Positions 7,410 to 15,828 of a stretch of 24,000 nt of DNA are shown here, piece by piece (position 1 is the stretch's first letter; every line of letters starts with the position of its first letter). This DNA comes from Thermoplasmata archaeon (GTDB lineage: Archaea > Thermoplasmatota > Thermoplasmata > RBG-16-68-12 > JAFNFQ01). The DNA is taken from assembly GCA_041489255.1 (NCBI GenBank), contig JBGPQV010000014.1, positions 17,304 through 41,303 of the forward strand. The letters are read 5' to 3'. The notes beneath the pieces were generated by a model. It ran no database searches and had not been told where the DNA came from. It worked only from the letters and a program-made list of their open reading frames with translations. Position numbers and translations under genes: made by a program.

Positions 7410-7430
7410 GAACATGCCTATTCCACGGTG

Positions 7431-8087
7431 ATGGCCGGAGCCGCCAGGGTCGACTTCGAGCGGATAACCCAGGTCTACCGCGAGGAGAGTGGCAAGAAGC
7501 AGCTGGTCGAGCTCGAACCGGACTTCTACGACGCCGCAAACGAGTACCTGAAGCGCTTGGAGCGCGAGACCGCCAGGGCGTCGGGGGAGAACGCCACCGC
7601 ACCCAAGACCCAGTTCCTCCAGGACGAGCTACGCAAGGCGAGGAAGAGGCTGGAGCAAATCTACCAGTACAGGGAGAGGAAGATTGCGCTCCTCGCGCAG
7701 TCTAACGTCAGCGGTGTGGAGACAGAGCTCAAGGGCATCACGGTGCAGGAGCAGGTCCTCTTCGAGAGACTTGTCGCGGCCCTGGGAGATTCGAGGAGGC
7801 TGGTCTTTGGCGGTTCACAGGTTGCAGAGCAGCGAGTCGAGGTTCCTCGTGCCGAGGAGAAGCCACGCGAATCCGAGGCCGCGGGGCAACCGCCAAAGCC
7901 AATCAGCGCACCGCCGCCCCAGACCCAGAGGAAGACCGTGACCGTCTACGTCATGGAGGACGTGCCGCCTTTCGCGGGCATCGATGTCACCTACAAGCTG
8001 ATGAAAGAGGATGTCGTGTCGATGCCCGAGGAGTACGCGAACGTCCTCGTGAAGAGAGGGAAGGCCCGCGTGGTCGAAGTCCGGTGA
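7431..8087 (+). CDS. GINS complex subunit, Gins51 (Sld5/Psf1-like) type
   Basis: The track ORF 7050..8087 is trimmed to ATG 7431 because its 5' part is antisense to the DUF167 gene. The N-terminal helical A-domain reads ITQVYREESGKKQLVELEPDFYDAANEYLKRLE. The C-terminal small beta B-domain reads VTVYVMEDVPPFAGIDVTYKLMKEDVVSMPEEYANVLVKRGKARVVE. A P-rich linker joins them. Confidence 0.7.
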   Translation: MAGAARVDFERITQVYREESGKKQLVELEPDFYDAANEYLKRLERETARASGENATAPKTQFLQDELRKARKRLEQIYQYRERKIALLAQSNVSGVETELKGITVQEQVLFERLVAALGDSRRLVFGGSQVAEQRVEVPRAEEKPRESEAAGQPPKPISAPPPQTQRKTVTVYVMEDVPPFAGIDVTYKLMKEDVVSMPEEYANVLVKRGKARVVEVR

Positions 8088-8108
8088 CCGCGACGGCGGG
8101 AATCCGGG

Positions 8109-8432
8109 TCACAGCTGCCTCACATAGATGTACGCCAGCGCCTTCCCGCCTACGACCTCGACCTCCACCATCGTCTTCTCATAGAGCTTCGCGGAGACTC
8201 CCTCAAATTCGTCGAGCGCGAGGAGCTCCCTGTCTGCAATGCCCGTGAGCAGCCTCCCCTCGATCATACCGCCCTCCTTCTTCGCCGCGACGTAATAATC
8301 AATCTCGGGGTCGAGCGCGCGCTCGTAACCCCGCAGCACCGCCTTGACGGCCAGAGGTTCCCTCCCGAGGACCTGCATCAATGTGCTCTTCTTCGCGAGC
8401 TCCCCGTGGACGAAGACCTGGTGGACGGTCAC
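8109..8432 (-). CDS. Gamma-glutamylcyclotransferase-like (AIG2/GGACT family) protein
   Basis: The track ORF 8109..8576 is trimmed to GTG 8432..8430, which overlaps the TGA of the upstream ORF (GTGA). VFVHGELAKKSTLMQVLGR...LRGYER...IEGRLL...LLALDEFEGVSAKLYEKTMVEV...ALAYIYV fits the FVYGTL...LD-x-[YF]EG...Y pattern. Confidence 0.7.
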   Translation of the reverse strand: MTVHQVFVHGELAKKSTLMQVLGREPLAVKAVLRGYERALDPEIDYYVAAKKEGGMIEGRLLTGIADRELLALDEFEGVSAKLYEKTMVEVEVVGGKALAYIYVRQL

Positions 8433-8716
8433 TGGCCCTCGCACTCCTGCAGGCCGATTGCGGGGTCGATCTCGCCCGCGAGATTCGTCGTCATGAGGCG
8501 CGCGACCTCCGCGATCCTCTGCCAGTGCTCTGCGCGCATGTTCTCGCTGTAGATGCTGAAGACCGCCTTCCCCCATGCGTTGACCAGGTCGAGCAACTCA
8601 GGAACCGAGAAGACCAGTTCCTCCACGGATGTGGCGGGGTGGACCGCGCCCTCGCTCGCTCCCGCCGCGGCAAGAAGCTTCTTCACAACGGGAGGATATT
8701 CCATCGGGCGGCTCAT
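8429..8716 (-). CDS. Hypothetical protein (about 95 aa; start uncertain: 8719 GTG, 8716 ATG or 8704 ATG)
   Basis: The frame is translationally coupled to the AIG2-like gene. The N-terminal 40 codons of track ORF 8429..8836 cover the A/T-rich promoter spacer and were dropped. I recognise no family. Confidence 0.4.
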   Translation of the reverse strand: MSRPMEYPPVVKKLLAAAGASEGAVHPATSVEELVFSVPELLDLVNAWGKAVFSIYSENMRAEHWQRIAEVARLMTTNLAGEIDPAIGLQECEGQ

Positions 8717-8774
8717 CACGAACGGCGAATATGGTCTTTTGGGTAAATCGAAGGCATATCGAATCCTTACCAGA

Positions 8775-8786
8775 CTTTTTTTATAG
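8775..8786. promoter_or_regulatory. A/T box CTTTTTTTATAG between divergent genes
   Basis: This is the only A/T tract in the 8717-8830 spacer. The plus-strand gene additionally has GGAGGAG 8-15 nt upstream of ATG 8831, indicating a leadered, SD-type start. Confidence 0.4.
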
Positions 8787-8830
8787 TCGGCGGAGGAATG
8801 ATAATCGAGCAGAGAATGGAGGAGAGCTAA

Positions 8831-11485
8831 ATGCATCCCTCGCGGAAGAATCGGGGCAGTTCCAAGGTGAATCGTGGGCTAGTACTTCCGATGCTGCTGG
8901 GTTTCGTCCTCATCTTTTCGTACCTCGTGCTCGAGTCACCGCAGGCCAAGGCAGACCCGGGCATAGACTACGTCCAGATCAGAACCGCTCCCGGCGGCGG
9001 GGGCGAGGTCGTCGGGGACATGCTCTACTATGTCGGCGACCAGGACACGTACTGGGCGGCAGGCTACAACGTCTCGGGCGACTTCGTCATGGACGTCGAG
9101 GCACACTGGTACACGAGGACTTCCTTGGTGGGATGGGTGGAACCTTATGAAGGCACGAACACGACCTTCCACGCTGCTGGTGAAGGTCAGACCTACGTCA
9201 GCATGTATGCATCGCTGAACCAGAGCGGCAATAACACCTATTGGCAGAATGATACGGGAATCCTGACGGTGCTGTACCGTGGCGTCGACTACGTCCAGAT
9301 AAGGGACGGGCCCGAGGGCGGCGGGAGCATCGTGGATGTGCGCTCGTACTTCATCGACGACACGGACACTTACTACGCGGCCGGCTACAATCACTCCAGT
9401 GGCTTCATGGGGGACCTCCCTGCGGCATGGGAGAGCGACAACGACACAGTCTGCACGATAACCAGGCAGGAGTACCAAGCGGAATTCAAAGGGGTCGGCC
9501 AGGGCGTCTGCCATGTCTCTGCGACCTACAACGGCACCGTCACGAACACGACCGGCGACCTGACGGTCGATCAGAGGATCGTACTGACCGTCGACGACGA
9601 TCCTGGTGCGGATTACTTCACGATTCACGAGGCGGTGGAGAACGCCAGCGACGGCTACATGATCTTCGTCTATAATGGGACCTACAACGAGCACGTGCTG
9701 GTGGACAAGCGGCTCATCATCGAGGGCGAGTCGATGGAGAGCGTGATCGTGGACGGCGGCGGGAGCGGTATCGTATTCCATGTCACCGCCAAGAGCGTGG
9801 AGATATCCAGGTTCACCGTCAGGAACGCCGACTACGGCTTCTACCTGGATCACTGCAACAATACGCGGTTGACCTACAACAAGATCACCTCGTACACCTA
9901 CGGCATCTACTCCAACAGGACGAAGGACGCGTTCATCGCGTGGAACGTCATAACGGTCGGGCAATATGGCGTGGTCACGGACCATGCGCACAACGACGCG
10001 GTGCGCTACAACACCATCTCTTACAACGACGAGTACGGCGCGAAGGATTACGATTCGGATCTGAAGAACTGCTTCAACTGGAACTACTTCCACCACAACC
10101 ACATCGCCTACTACTACGACCCGGAGGAGCCGGTGGGCACGCTGCTCTTCAACGGCAACCGGATCGAGAACAACGACATCGGGATCAAGGCGTCGCAGGC
10201 CTCCTCGCTCATAGCGACGGACAACACGATTCTGAGCAATGGCGTCGGCATCGACCTAGTTGACTCCTCGCCCTACATTGCTGGCAACCTCCTCAAGTTC
10301 AACACGATCGGCGTCAGGTTCAGCAACTCGGCCGCGACGATCTACAACAACTACATCCAGGGCGGGGACTACGGGATAACGGGCACGGGCACATCGCCGA
10401 CGATCCAGGGGAACACGATTCTTGAGTCTGCGATCCTGGAGGTCTCGATCACCGCGGGGAACGATGTGCGCCTCTTGGACAACGACCTGGGCGGCGGCAT
10501 CGCCCGCCTGGCGGATTCCACTGTCCGCGAGATGTCCCTGGTCCGGACGACCTTGCGGCAGCTCAACACGACCGTCTTCGACTGGAGCCTTGATTCCGAG
10601 TCTCAGATCGACATCCAGTGGTATCTCGGAGTGCGGGTGAAGGATTCGGGCGGCAACGCGGTCCTGGGAGCGCTGGTCAAAGTCTCCGGCAGCGATGGGC
10701 GCGAGGTCGTCAACGGGACTTCGACATCCGGCGGATTGACGGGGCCCTTCGAGCTGACCGAGAAGGTGAGGCGGCTGAGCGGGGACGTGAGCGAGGGCGC
10801 CTACCTGATCGAAGCGTCCGATGGAGACCAAAAGGCCTCGCAGACGGTCCTTATGGACAGCAACAAGCAGCTCGACTTGGCGATCGGTCCGATTCCAGGC
10901 GTGGGTGAGGGCGGCATCCCGTGGATTTTCGTCGGGGCAGTCGGCGTCGCCGGGGCTCTGACGGTTGCGGGACTCTTCTCCATAGAGATCTTCGTCTACT
11001 TCTTCTTCGCCCTCTTTGTCCCGCTGTACACGAAACTCAGGAAGGACCAGGTGCTCGACCATTACAGCCGCGGCAGGGTCTACCAGTATATCGAGATGAA
11101 TCCCGGAGAGCACTTCAACTCGATCAAGCGGGCCCTGGACCTGAACATCGGCACCGCAACGTATCACCTGGAAGTCCTTTCCAGATCCGGGCTCGTGACC
11201 TCCCGCCAGGACGGAATCTACAAGCGGTTCTATCCGACGAATGTCCCGATACCGCCATCGAACGGCGGGGGCATAAGCGAAGTGCAGCAGCGGGTCCTCA
11301 CTGTCATCAAGGACACGCCAGGGATAAGGCAGAAAGAGATCGCCCGCCTGTTCGGGATAAGGCAGTCGACACTGAACTACCAGGTCACCAGGCTGGAGGA
11401 GAAGGGGCTCATCAGCGCAGAGAAGAGAGGACGGAGCGTGCACTACTTCCCCAAGCAGGTTCCGCCGCCACCACCGCAGGCGTAG
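8831..11485 (+). CDS. Membrane-tethered tandem wHTH protein with a large extracellular domain (signal peptide, 2 Ig-like repeats, right-handed beta-helix/PbH1 repeats, CarboxypepD_reg-like domain, TM segment, 2 winged-helix DNA-binding domains)
   Basis: 884 aa. The signal peptide is LVLPMLLGFVLIFSYLVLESPQAKA. Duplicated modules begin DYVQIR..GGG...DTY.AAGYN (aa 42-148 and 151-247). NosD/pectate-lyase-like repeats span aa 255-560 (DGYMIFVYNGTYNEHVLVDKRLIIEGE, NKITSYTYGIYS, NTISYN, NRIENNDIGIKAS and others). The hydrophobic segment IPWIFVGAVGVAGALTVAGLFSIEIFVYFFFALFVPLY covers aa 696-733. The wHTH domains are RVYQYIEMNPGEHFNSIKRALDLNIGTATYHLEVLSRSGLV and RVLTVIKDTPGIRQKEIARLFGIRQSTLNYQVTRLEEKGLI. 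Confidence 0.85.
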   Translation: MHPSRKNRGSSKVNRGLVLPMLLGFVLIFSYLVLESPQAKADPGIDYVQIRTAPGGGGEVVGDMLYYVGDQDTYWAAGYNVSGDFVMDVEAHWYTRTSLVGWVEPYEGTNTTFHAAGEGQTYVSMYASLNQSGNNTYWQNDTGILTVLYRGVDYVQIRDGPEGGGSIVDVRSYFIDDTDTYYAAGYNHSSGFMGDLPAAWESDNDTVCTITRQEYQAEFKGVGQGVCHVSATYNGTVTNTTGDLTVDQRIVLTVDDDPGADYFTIHEAVENASDGYMIFVYNGTYNEHVLVDKRLIIEGESMESVIVDGGGSGIVFHVTAKSVEISRFTVRNADYGFYLDHCNNTRLTYNKITSYTYGIYSNRTKDAFIAWNVITVGQYGVVTDHAHNDAVRYNTISYNDEYGAKDYDSDLKNCFNWNYFHHNHIAYYYDPEEPVGTLLFNGNRIENNDIGIKASQASSLIATDNTILSNGVGIDLVDSSPYIAGNLLKFNTIGVRFSNSAATIYNNYIQGGDYGITGTGTSPTIQGNTILESAILEVSITAGNDVRLLDNDLGGGIARLADSTVREMSLVRTTLRQLNTTVFDWSLDSESQIDIQWYLGVRVKDSGGNAVLGALVKVSGSDGREVVNGTSTSGGLTGPFELTEKVRRLSGDVSEGAYLIEASDGDQKASQTVLMDSNKQLDLAIGPIPGVGEGGIPWIFVGAVGVAGALTVAGLFSIEIFVYFFFALFVPLYTKLRKDQVLDHYSRGRVYQYIEMNPGEHFNSIKRALDLNIGTATYHLEVLSRSGLVTSRQDGIYKRFYPTNVPIPPSNGGGISEVQQRVLTVIKDTPGIRQKEIARLFGIRQSTLNYQVTRLEEKGLISAEKRGRSVHYFPKQVPPPPPQA

Positions 11486-11525
11486 ACTCGAATGATTCAA
11501 TAGCTCCCCCGCCATCAGACTCAGC

Positions 11526-11798
11526 GTGGTCAGGAAACCGAAACGGACCGCCAGGGACGTTCTTTACGAGCTCAAGTGGCGGGAGGGCATGAGCCTCAGC
11601 CGGGCGGAGGTCTGGTATGCGGACAGGACGAGGGCGGAGGAGTACAAGGTCATCAAGGGCGAGGAGATAACTGAGCTAGGACGGGGCTACTTCATGTCAG
11701 GCGATTCCATGCTGCCCTATTACAAGATCCTCAGGATAGTCTATGACGATGAGGTCTTGTTCGAAAGGCAGGAGAGCGAGCGGAAAACGGCTAAATAG
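11526..11798 (+). CDS. DUF504 / UPF0248 (MJ1316-like) family protein
   Basis: 90 aa starting at GTG. DVLYELKWRE...VWYADR...I.G.EI...YFM...MLPYYKILRIVYDDEVLFER matches the family pattern (IPyHRI..I..dgevifeR). Confidence 0.8.
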   Translation: MVRKPKRTARDVLYELKWREGMSLSRAEVWYADRTRAEEYKVIKGEEITELGRGYFMSGDSMLPYYKILRIVYDDEVLFERQESERKTAK

Positions 11799-11808
11799 TC
11801 TCGCGGAG

Positions 11809-13710
11809 TTGGGACATCACGAGGATGGAACGCTGAAGCGGGCTCTCACTTGCGTTTTCGCTCTTGTCGTTCTCGTTGCCCTCGTTCCCGCCACCTTCAG
11901 CGCGACCCCATTGGAGAAAGCCGGCTCACCGCCGATTGTCCCTTCGCAATCAAGCTCAGAGCCGCACGCTCTCTCGAACATCAGCGACAATCCGGCGTAC
12001 CTCGGGAACTTCACACTGACTGCCGCGTTCGAGGCGAAGATGCAGGGACCAGACGGCGGGATCATCGAGATGGAGGACGATCCGACCAAGTTCGAGAACA
12101 CTGACAACACTCTCGAGGCCGTATGGGTCTGGTCTAGATATTACACCTTGACGCGGGACGACAGATACACGGCAAACATCAGTGCCGCGTGGAACTATTC
12201 GTGGGCACACCCCGCTTGGCTCGAAACAGACTCAGGACGGGTGTACAGTTGCTCTTGGGCCATCAAGGCGGAACTAGAATTCAGGCGGGCGTACGGGAAC
12301 CACAGCAACCTGCCTTATGCGAAGCGGTGCGCCGCGTACATCAACGCGAGGAACGGCTGGGAGACGAACATAATCCTCAACAACTGGGGGAAGAACGACA
12401 TCCGCGGGCTTGCGGCGGGGAACATGTACGACTGGGCCGTGGAGCAGGGCAACGAGACCGCGCGTCTCGGCGCGATCGCGCTCGGGAACGCGACGAAGGC
12501 GGCGATCGAGGCGAACTCCACTTGGCTCGCGGTCGAAGACTGGGCCCTGGCGGGTGGAGTGGCATATTGGGGAGTCGTGCACTCGACGCTCAGAGAGTAC
12601 CCCAATGCGACGTGGGCGGAGCAGTATGCGGCCTTCCTCAAGACGAACGTGACAGCTCCCGGCGGCGGACCTGGTAACAGTCAGTGCGGCTGGTATGCTT
12701 GGTATGCACTCGGGCACTACGCTGCCTGGGAGGCGACGGGCAACGCAAGCCACCTCAATCAGTCGCTCGGGATGGTCGCCTGGCTGATCCTGCAGGACGG
12801 CGACAGGGACGGCGGCATACCGACCAACTTCGGCGACCCGGACAACACCGACGAGTCGTGGGTCACGTCGTACAGGGCGCTCGTCATAGGGGAGATCATC
12901 CCGGCTTGGCACGGCCAGCCTCCGGACCCGCCGACCTTGACGATTGCGGATATGGTGGATCAGACCCATCTCAACGTCTTCTGGAACCTGTCTCTCCAAG
13001 ACAGCTTCATAGGAGACGTGGTTCGCTACGACGTCTATCGGGGCACGGCTTATGATGCGACCGGGGCGGGCTATTCGCTGTGGGGGAGAGTATTTGCGGG
13101 CTATAATGGATTCCCAGTACTCATCCCGATGGGCGACACATCCTCCTATTTCTTCTACGCTATTGCAGTGGACTTTGAATGGCTCACGTCAGCAATGTCG
13201 AATCAAGTGGGGAGGATCGTGGAGTATGGAGGGGGCATCATCGGTAACGCGCTTCTCGGCAATCCGTTCATCGTCCCGAATGACGATATCTCCGAGGTGA
13301 TAGAATGGACTCTCGTCGATTATATCCGAGCGTTTGATCCTTCACGACCCACTTCTCCCTGGACTTCATATGTTCTCGGTAGAAGCTACCAGAGCCTCAC
13401 GCGCCTGCCGCTGGGAATGGGTTTCTGGGCGAACTTCACGGCACTATTGGGAGTATCCATGACGGGGCTTATTCCTAGCTCGGTCGATATCGACCTGAAA
13501 GCTGGGTGGAACCTCATCGCTTCATGCTCGATGACGAATCGCACCGTGGGCGACGTGCTGGCGGGAGTGCCTTGGGTGGCCGTTGAGGTCCTCGACCAGT
13601 CACAGCCCGGATACCGCCTGCGCAGGGCGTCGTCCGCCGATATTCTGTTCCCCGGCCAGGGCTTCTGGGTGTACGTCAGCTCCGACTCCACCCTCGTGTT
13701 CTCCAACTGA
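11809..13710 (+). CDS. Secreted, N-glycosylation-sequon-rich protein with an alpha/alpha-toroid-like region, an FN3-like domain and a C-terminal beta-rich domain
   Basis: The preferred start is TTG 11809 (MGHHEDGTLKRALTCVFALVVLVALVPATFSA, a signal peptide), just after the DUF504 stop. ATG 11743 would overlap that gene by 56 nt. W/Y-rich helical repeats and QDGDRDGGIPTNFGD resemble prenyltransferase/terpene-cyclase or glycosidase toroid repeats. There are at least 12 N-x-S/T sequons. The C-terminus has GWNLIAS and PGQGFWVYV motifs. The product assignment is weak. Confidence 0.7.
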   Translation: MGHHEDGTLKRALTCVFALVVLVALVPATFSATPLEKAGSPPIVPSQSSSEPHALSNISDNPAYLGNFTLTAAFEAKMQGPDGGIIEMEDDPTKFENTDNTLEAVWVWSRYYTLTRDDRYTANISAAWNYSWAHPAWLETDSGRVYSCSWAIKAELEFRRAYGNHSNLPYAKRCAAYINARNGWETNIILNNWGKNDIRGLAAGNMYDWAVEQGNETARLGAIALGNATKAAIEANSTWLAVEDWALAGGVAYWGVVHSTLREYPNATWAEQYAAFLKTNVTAPGGGPGNSQCGWYAWYALGHYAAWEATGNASHLNQSLGMVAWLILQDGDRDGGIPTNFGDPDNTDESWVTSYRALVIGEIIPAWHGQPPDPPTLTIADMVDQTHLNVFWNLSLQDSFIGDVVRYDVYRGTAYDATGAGYSLWGRVFAGYNGFPVLIPMGDTSSYFFYAIAVDFEWLTSAMSNQVGRIVEYGGGIIGNALLGNPFIVPNDDISEVIEWTLVDYIRAFDPSRPTSPWTSYVLGRSYQSLTRLPLGMGFWANFTALLGVSMTGLIPSSVDIDLKAGWNLIASCSMTNRTVGDVLAGVPWVAVEVLDQSQPGYRLRRASSADILFPGQGFWVYVSSDSTLVFSN

Positions 13711-13743
13711 CGAAGGCAATAAGCTGAATAGGCCATCGAGCCA

Positions 13744-14241
13744 TTGGGGTGTCGCTTGGGCAGGACTATCAAGGTATTCTGCACCAAATTGTCCGGCATC
13801 TCCCTCGGCAAGCTCCTGGATGAGCTTCGTGAGTCGGGGTTCGACTGTCGATACGTGGACACCTCCCTCGACTTCGACCTCGATTCGCCCGTCTGGGCGC
13901 GGGCAGAGATCGTCAGCACTGGGAGTCCGCGTTCGATCGTCATCGAGCACTACATCGGCGGGCTTCATGGGACGCTCGTGGAGGAGGAGACGGAGCAACT
14001 GCTCGAGAAGGTCGAATCCGCCGAGGAATCGTGGAACAAGCGAGAGGTCGTGGTCTATCTCCGCATGTCTAGAGAGCTTTTCGCGATCCAGATGGAAGGC
14101 GGGGAGGCAGAGAGGATGAAGGGGCTCCTTGATCGCTGCCTGCAGTTATTCGCGACCATGGGCGAAGGTTTGCTCTATGTCGAGGGCGAGGGCTTCTTCA
14201 GCAAAGGTAAGCTCGTCCTGCCGCTAGCGAAAGACGACTGA
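13744..14241 (+). CDS. Hypothetical cytoplasmic acidic protein
   Basis: 165-aa ORF with GC-rich third codon positions and no TM segment or signal peptide. I recognise no family. The TTG start is uncertain. Confidence 0.5.
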   Translation: MGCRLGRTIKVFCTKLSGISLGKLLDELRESGFDCRYVDTSLDFDLDSPVWARAEIVSTGSPRSIVIEHYIGGLHGTLVEEETEQLLEKVESAEESWNKREVVVYLRMSRELFAIQMEGGEAERMKGLLDRCLQLFATMGEGLLYVEGEGFFSKGKLVLPLAKDD

Positions 14242-14282
14242 AGACCGCTACGCTATTACCCTCATGCCGCAATTCCGTCCGC

Positions 14283-14564
14283 ATGTCCAAGTTCCCCGAC
14301 TCTGTGCTCACTACAACGAAGAAGGGAGAGGTAGAAGCGCGCATGCTGATCGACCGCGGGAAGTTCGTGAGGTACAGGTATGTCGACGCGGAGACCGGTG
14401 CAGAGAAGGATGGCGGGAAAGTCAAGCTCGTGCTCATCCCGGAGAATGGCGGGGCTGAGGAGTTCTTCGTGATACCGACCAAGGGCGGTCGCTCGCTCCT
14501 CCTCAAGGCGGAGGTGAAGGGGGAGAGGATGCTCTGGGACGGGGAGAAGGCTGTCAAGCTGTAG
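14283..14564 (+). CDS. Hypothetical small basic/beta-rich protein
   Basis: 93-aa ORF with an ATG start and a weak A/T box about 30 nt upstream. It is K/E/G-rich with alternating hydrophobic residues (KFVRYRYVDAETG, KVKLVLIPENG, EEFFVIPTKGG). I recognise no family. Confidence 0.55.
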   Translation: MSKFPDSVLTTTKKGEVEARMLIDRGKFVRYRYVDAETGAEKDGGKVKLVLIPENGGAEEFFVIPTKGGRSLLLKAEVKGERMLWDGEKAVKL

Positions 14565-14606
14565 AACTGGAAACCCTTAAACCGAACACCCTCTTACTCG
14601 CCTTCA

Positions 14607-15824
14607 GTGGAACCGAGAATCCGGGCCATCGCCGTGCTTTCTGCGGTGGTCTTCCTCGTCATGCTGGGGCTCTCGATCATCTCCCCGGTGCTGCCTTTCT
14701 ACGCGCAGGAACTCGGCGCCAGCACTTTCATGGTCGGCCTCCTGGTCGGAGCGCTCGCCGGCGCGCGCTTGGTGGTCAACCTGCCCGCCGGGGCGGCGGG
14801 CGACCGCTTCGGCAACTGGCGGATGATGCAGATCGGCCTTCTCTTAATCACTACTACATCCTTCCTCGCCGTCATCGCGTTCAACTACTGGATGCTGCTG
14901 ACGGTGCGCATCATCGAGGGCGTCGGGTCGGCGTTCTACGTGACTTCCTCCTTGGCGGCACTCGGGAGAGCCGCCCCTCCGGAGAAGAGAGGGCGCTACA
15001 TGGGATACTACGTCTCGTTCCTCCTCCTCGGCCAGGTGCTCGGACCTACCGTCGGCGGCGGCGTCGCGACCGTTTGGGGGCTCAGAGCGCCATTCGCGTT
15101 CTATGGCACTGCCACGTTGGTCGGGATGTTCCTGCTAGTCTTCGCGAAACTGCCCGAGAGCAGGGCGGAGGCCGCGACGGGCGGCGTCGACTGGGTCGCG
15201 GTGAGGGGACTGATCCGCAATCGCTCTTTCATCAAGGTCAACTTCGGGACGATGAGCGCGTTCTTCGTGAGGTCGGGCATACTCACGACGATCTGTCCCC
15301 TCTTCTTCTTCGCGAAGTTCGGATGGAACGAAGCGACGATCGGCCTTCTCATCTCCGTCGCCGCCTTCTGCTCGCTCGCGACGATGCTCCCTTCCGGGAT
15401 CTGGGCGGACCGCCGCGGGAGGAAGCTGCCCTTCACCCTGAGCTTCGTCTTCACCGCGCTCGTGGCGCCGCTGTTCCTGTGGCCCTCGGATTTCCTCGGG
15501 GCCGTCCTGGTCTACGCGCTATGGGGCCTCGCGATCGGCCTCCAGGGTCCCGTGGCGGCTTGGTCGACCGACTTCGCAAGTAAGGAGAACATGGGGACCG
15601 CCATGGGGCTGTACAGGACGATGGGCGACCTGGGGTTCCTCCTCGGCCCGACGATCCTGACCGCCATCGTCGGCTTCGGGACCTTCGGCCAGTCTTACGA
15701 CCTCGCGTATTTCTTCTCGATGGCCTTGATGCTCGTCGCCGCCGTGGTCATTGTTACGGCGGACGACCCGGTATCTAGGAATGTCAAGAACAGGAAGGAA
15801 AAGATCGTAGTGCCAATCGAATAG
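14607..15824 (+). CDS. Major facilitator superfamily (MFS) transporter
   Basis: 405 aa with about 12 hydrophobic segments. The MFS loop 2-3 motif reads NLPAGAAGDRFGNWRMM (G-x-x-x-D-R-x-G-R-R-like) and recurs in the second half as PSGIWADRRGRK. Confidence 0.88.
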   Translation: MEPRIRAIAVLSAVVFLVMLGLSIISPVLPFYAQELGASTFMVGLLVGALAGARLVVNLPAGAAGDRFGNWRMMQIGLLLITTTSFLAVIAFNYWMLLTVRIIEGVGSAFYVTSSLAALGRAAPPEKRGRYMGYYVSFLLLGQVLGPTVGGGVATVWGLRAPFAFYGTATLVGMFLLVFAKLPESRAEAATGGVDWVAVRGLIRNRSFIKVNFGTMSAFFVRSGILTTICPLFFFAKFGWNEATIGLLISVAAFCSLATMLPSGIWADRRGRKLPFTLSFVFTALVAPLFLWPSDFLGAVLVYALWGLAIGLQGPVAAWSTDFASKENMGTAMGLYRTMGDLGFLLGPTILTAIVGFGTFGQSYDLAYFFSMALMLVAAVVIVTADDPVSRNVKNRKEKIVVPIE

Positions 15825-15828
15825 GCCA

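Noticed and set aside
7050-7430. The 5' 127 codons of track ORF 7050..8087, and likewise the 5' parts of 8109..8576 and 8429..8836.
   Set aside because: These extensions run antisense through the DUF167 gene or across A/T-rich promoter spacers. Internal starts with proper TATA spacing or GTGA/ATGA coupling give proteins of normal family length.
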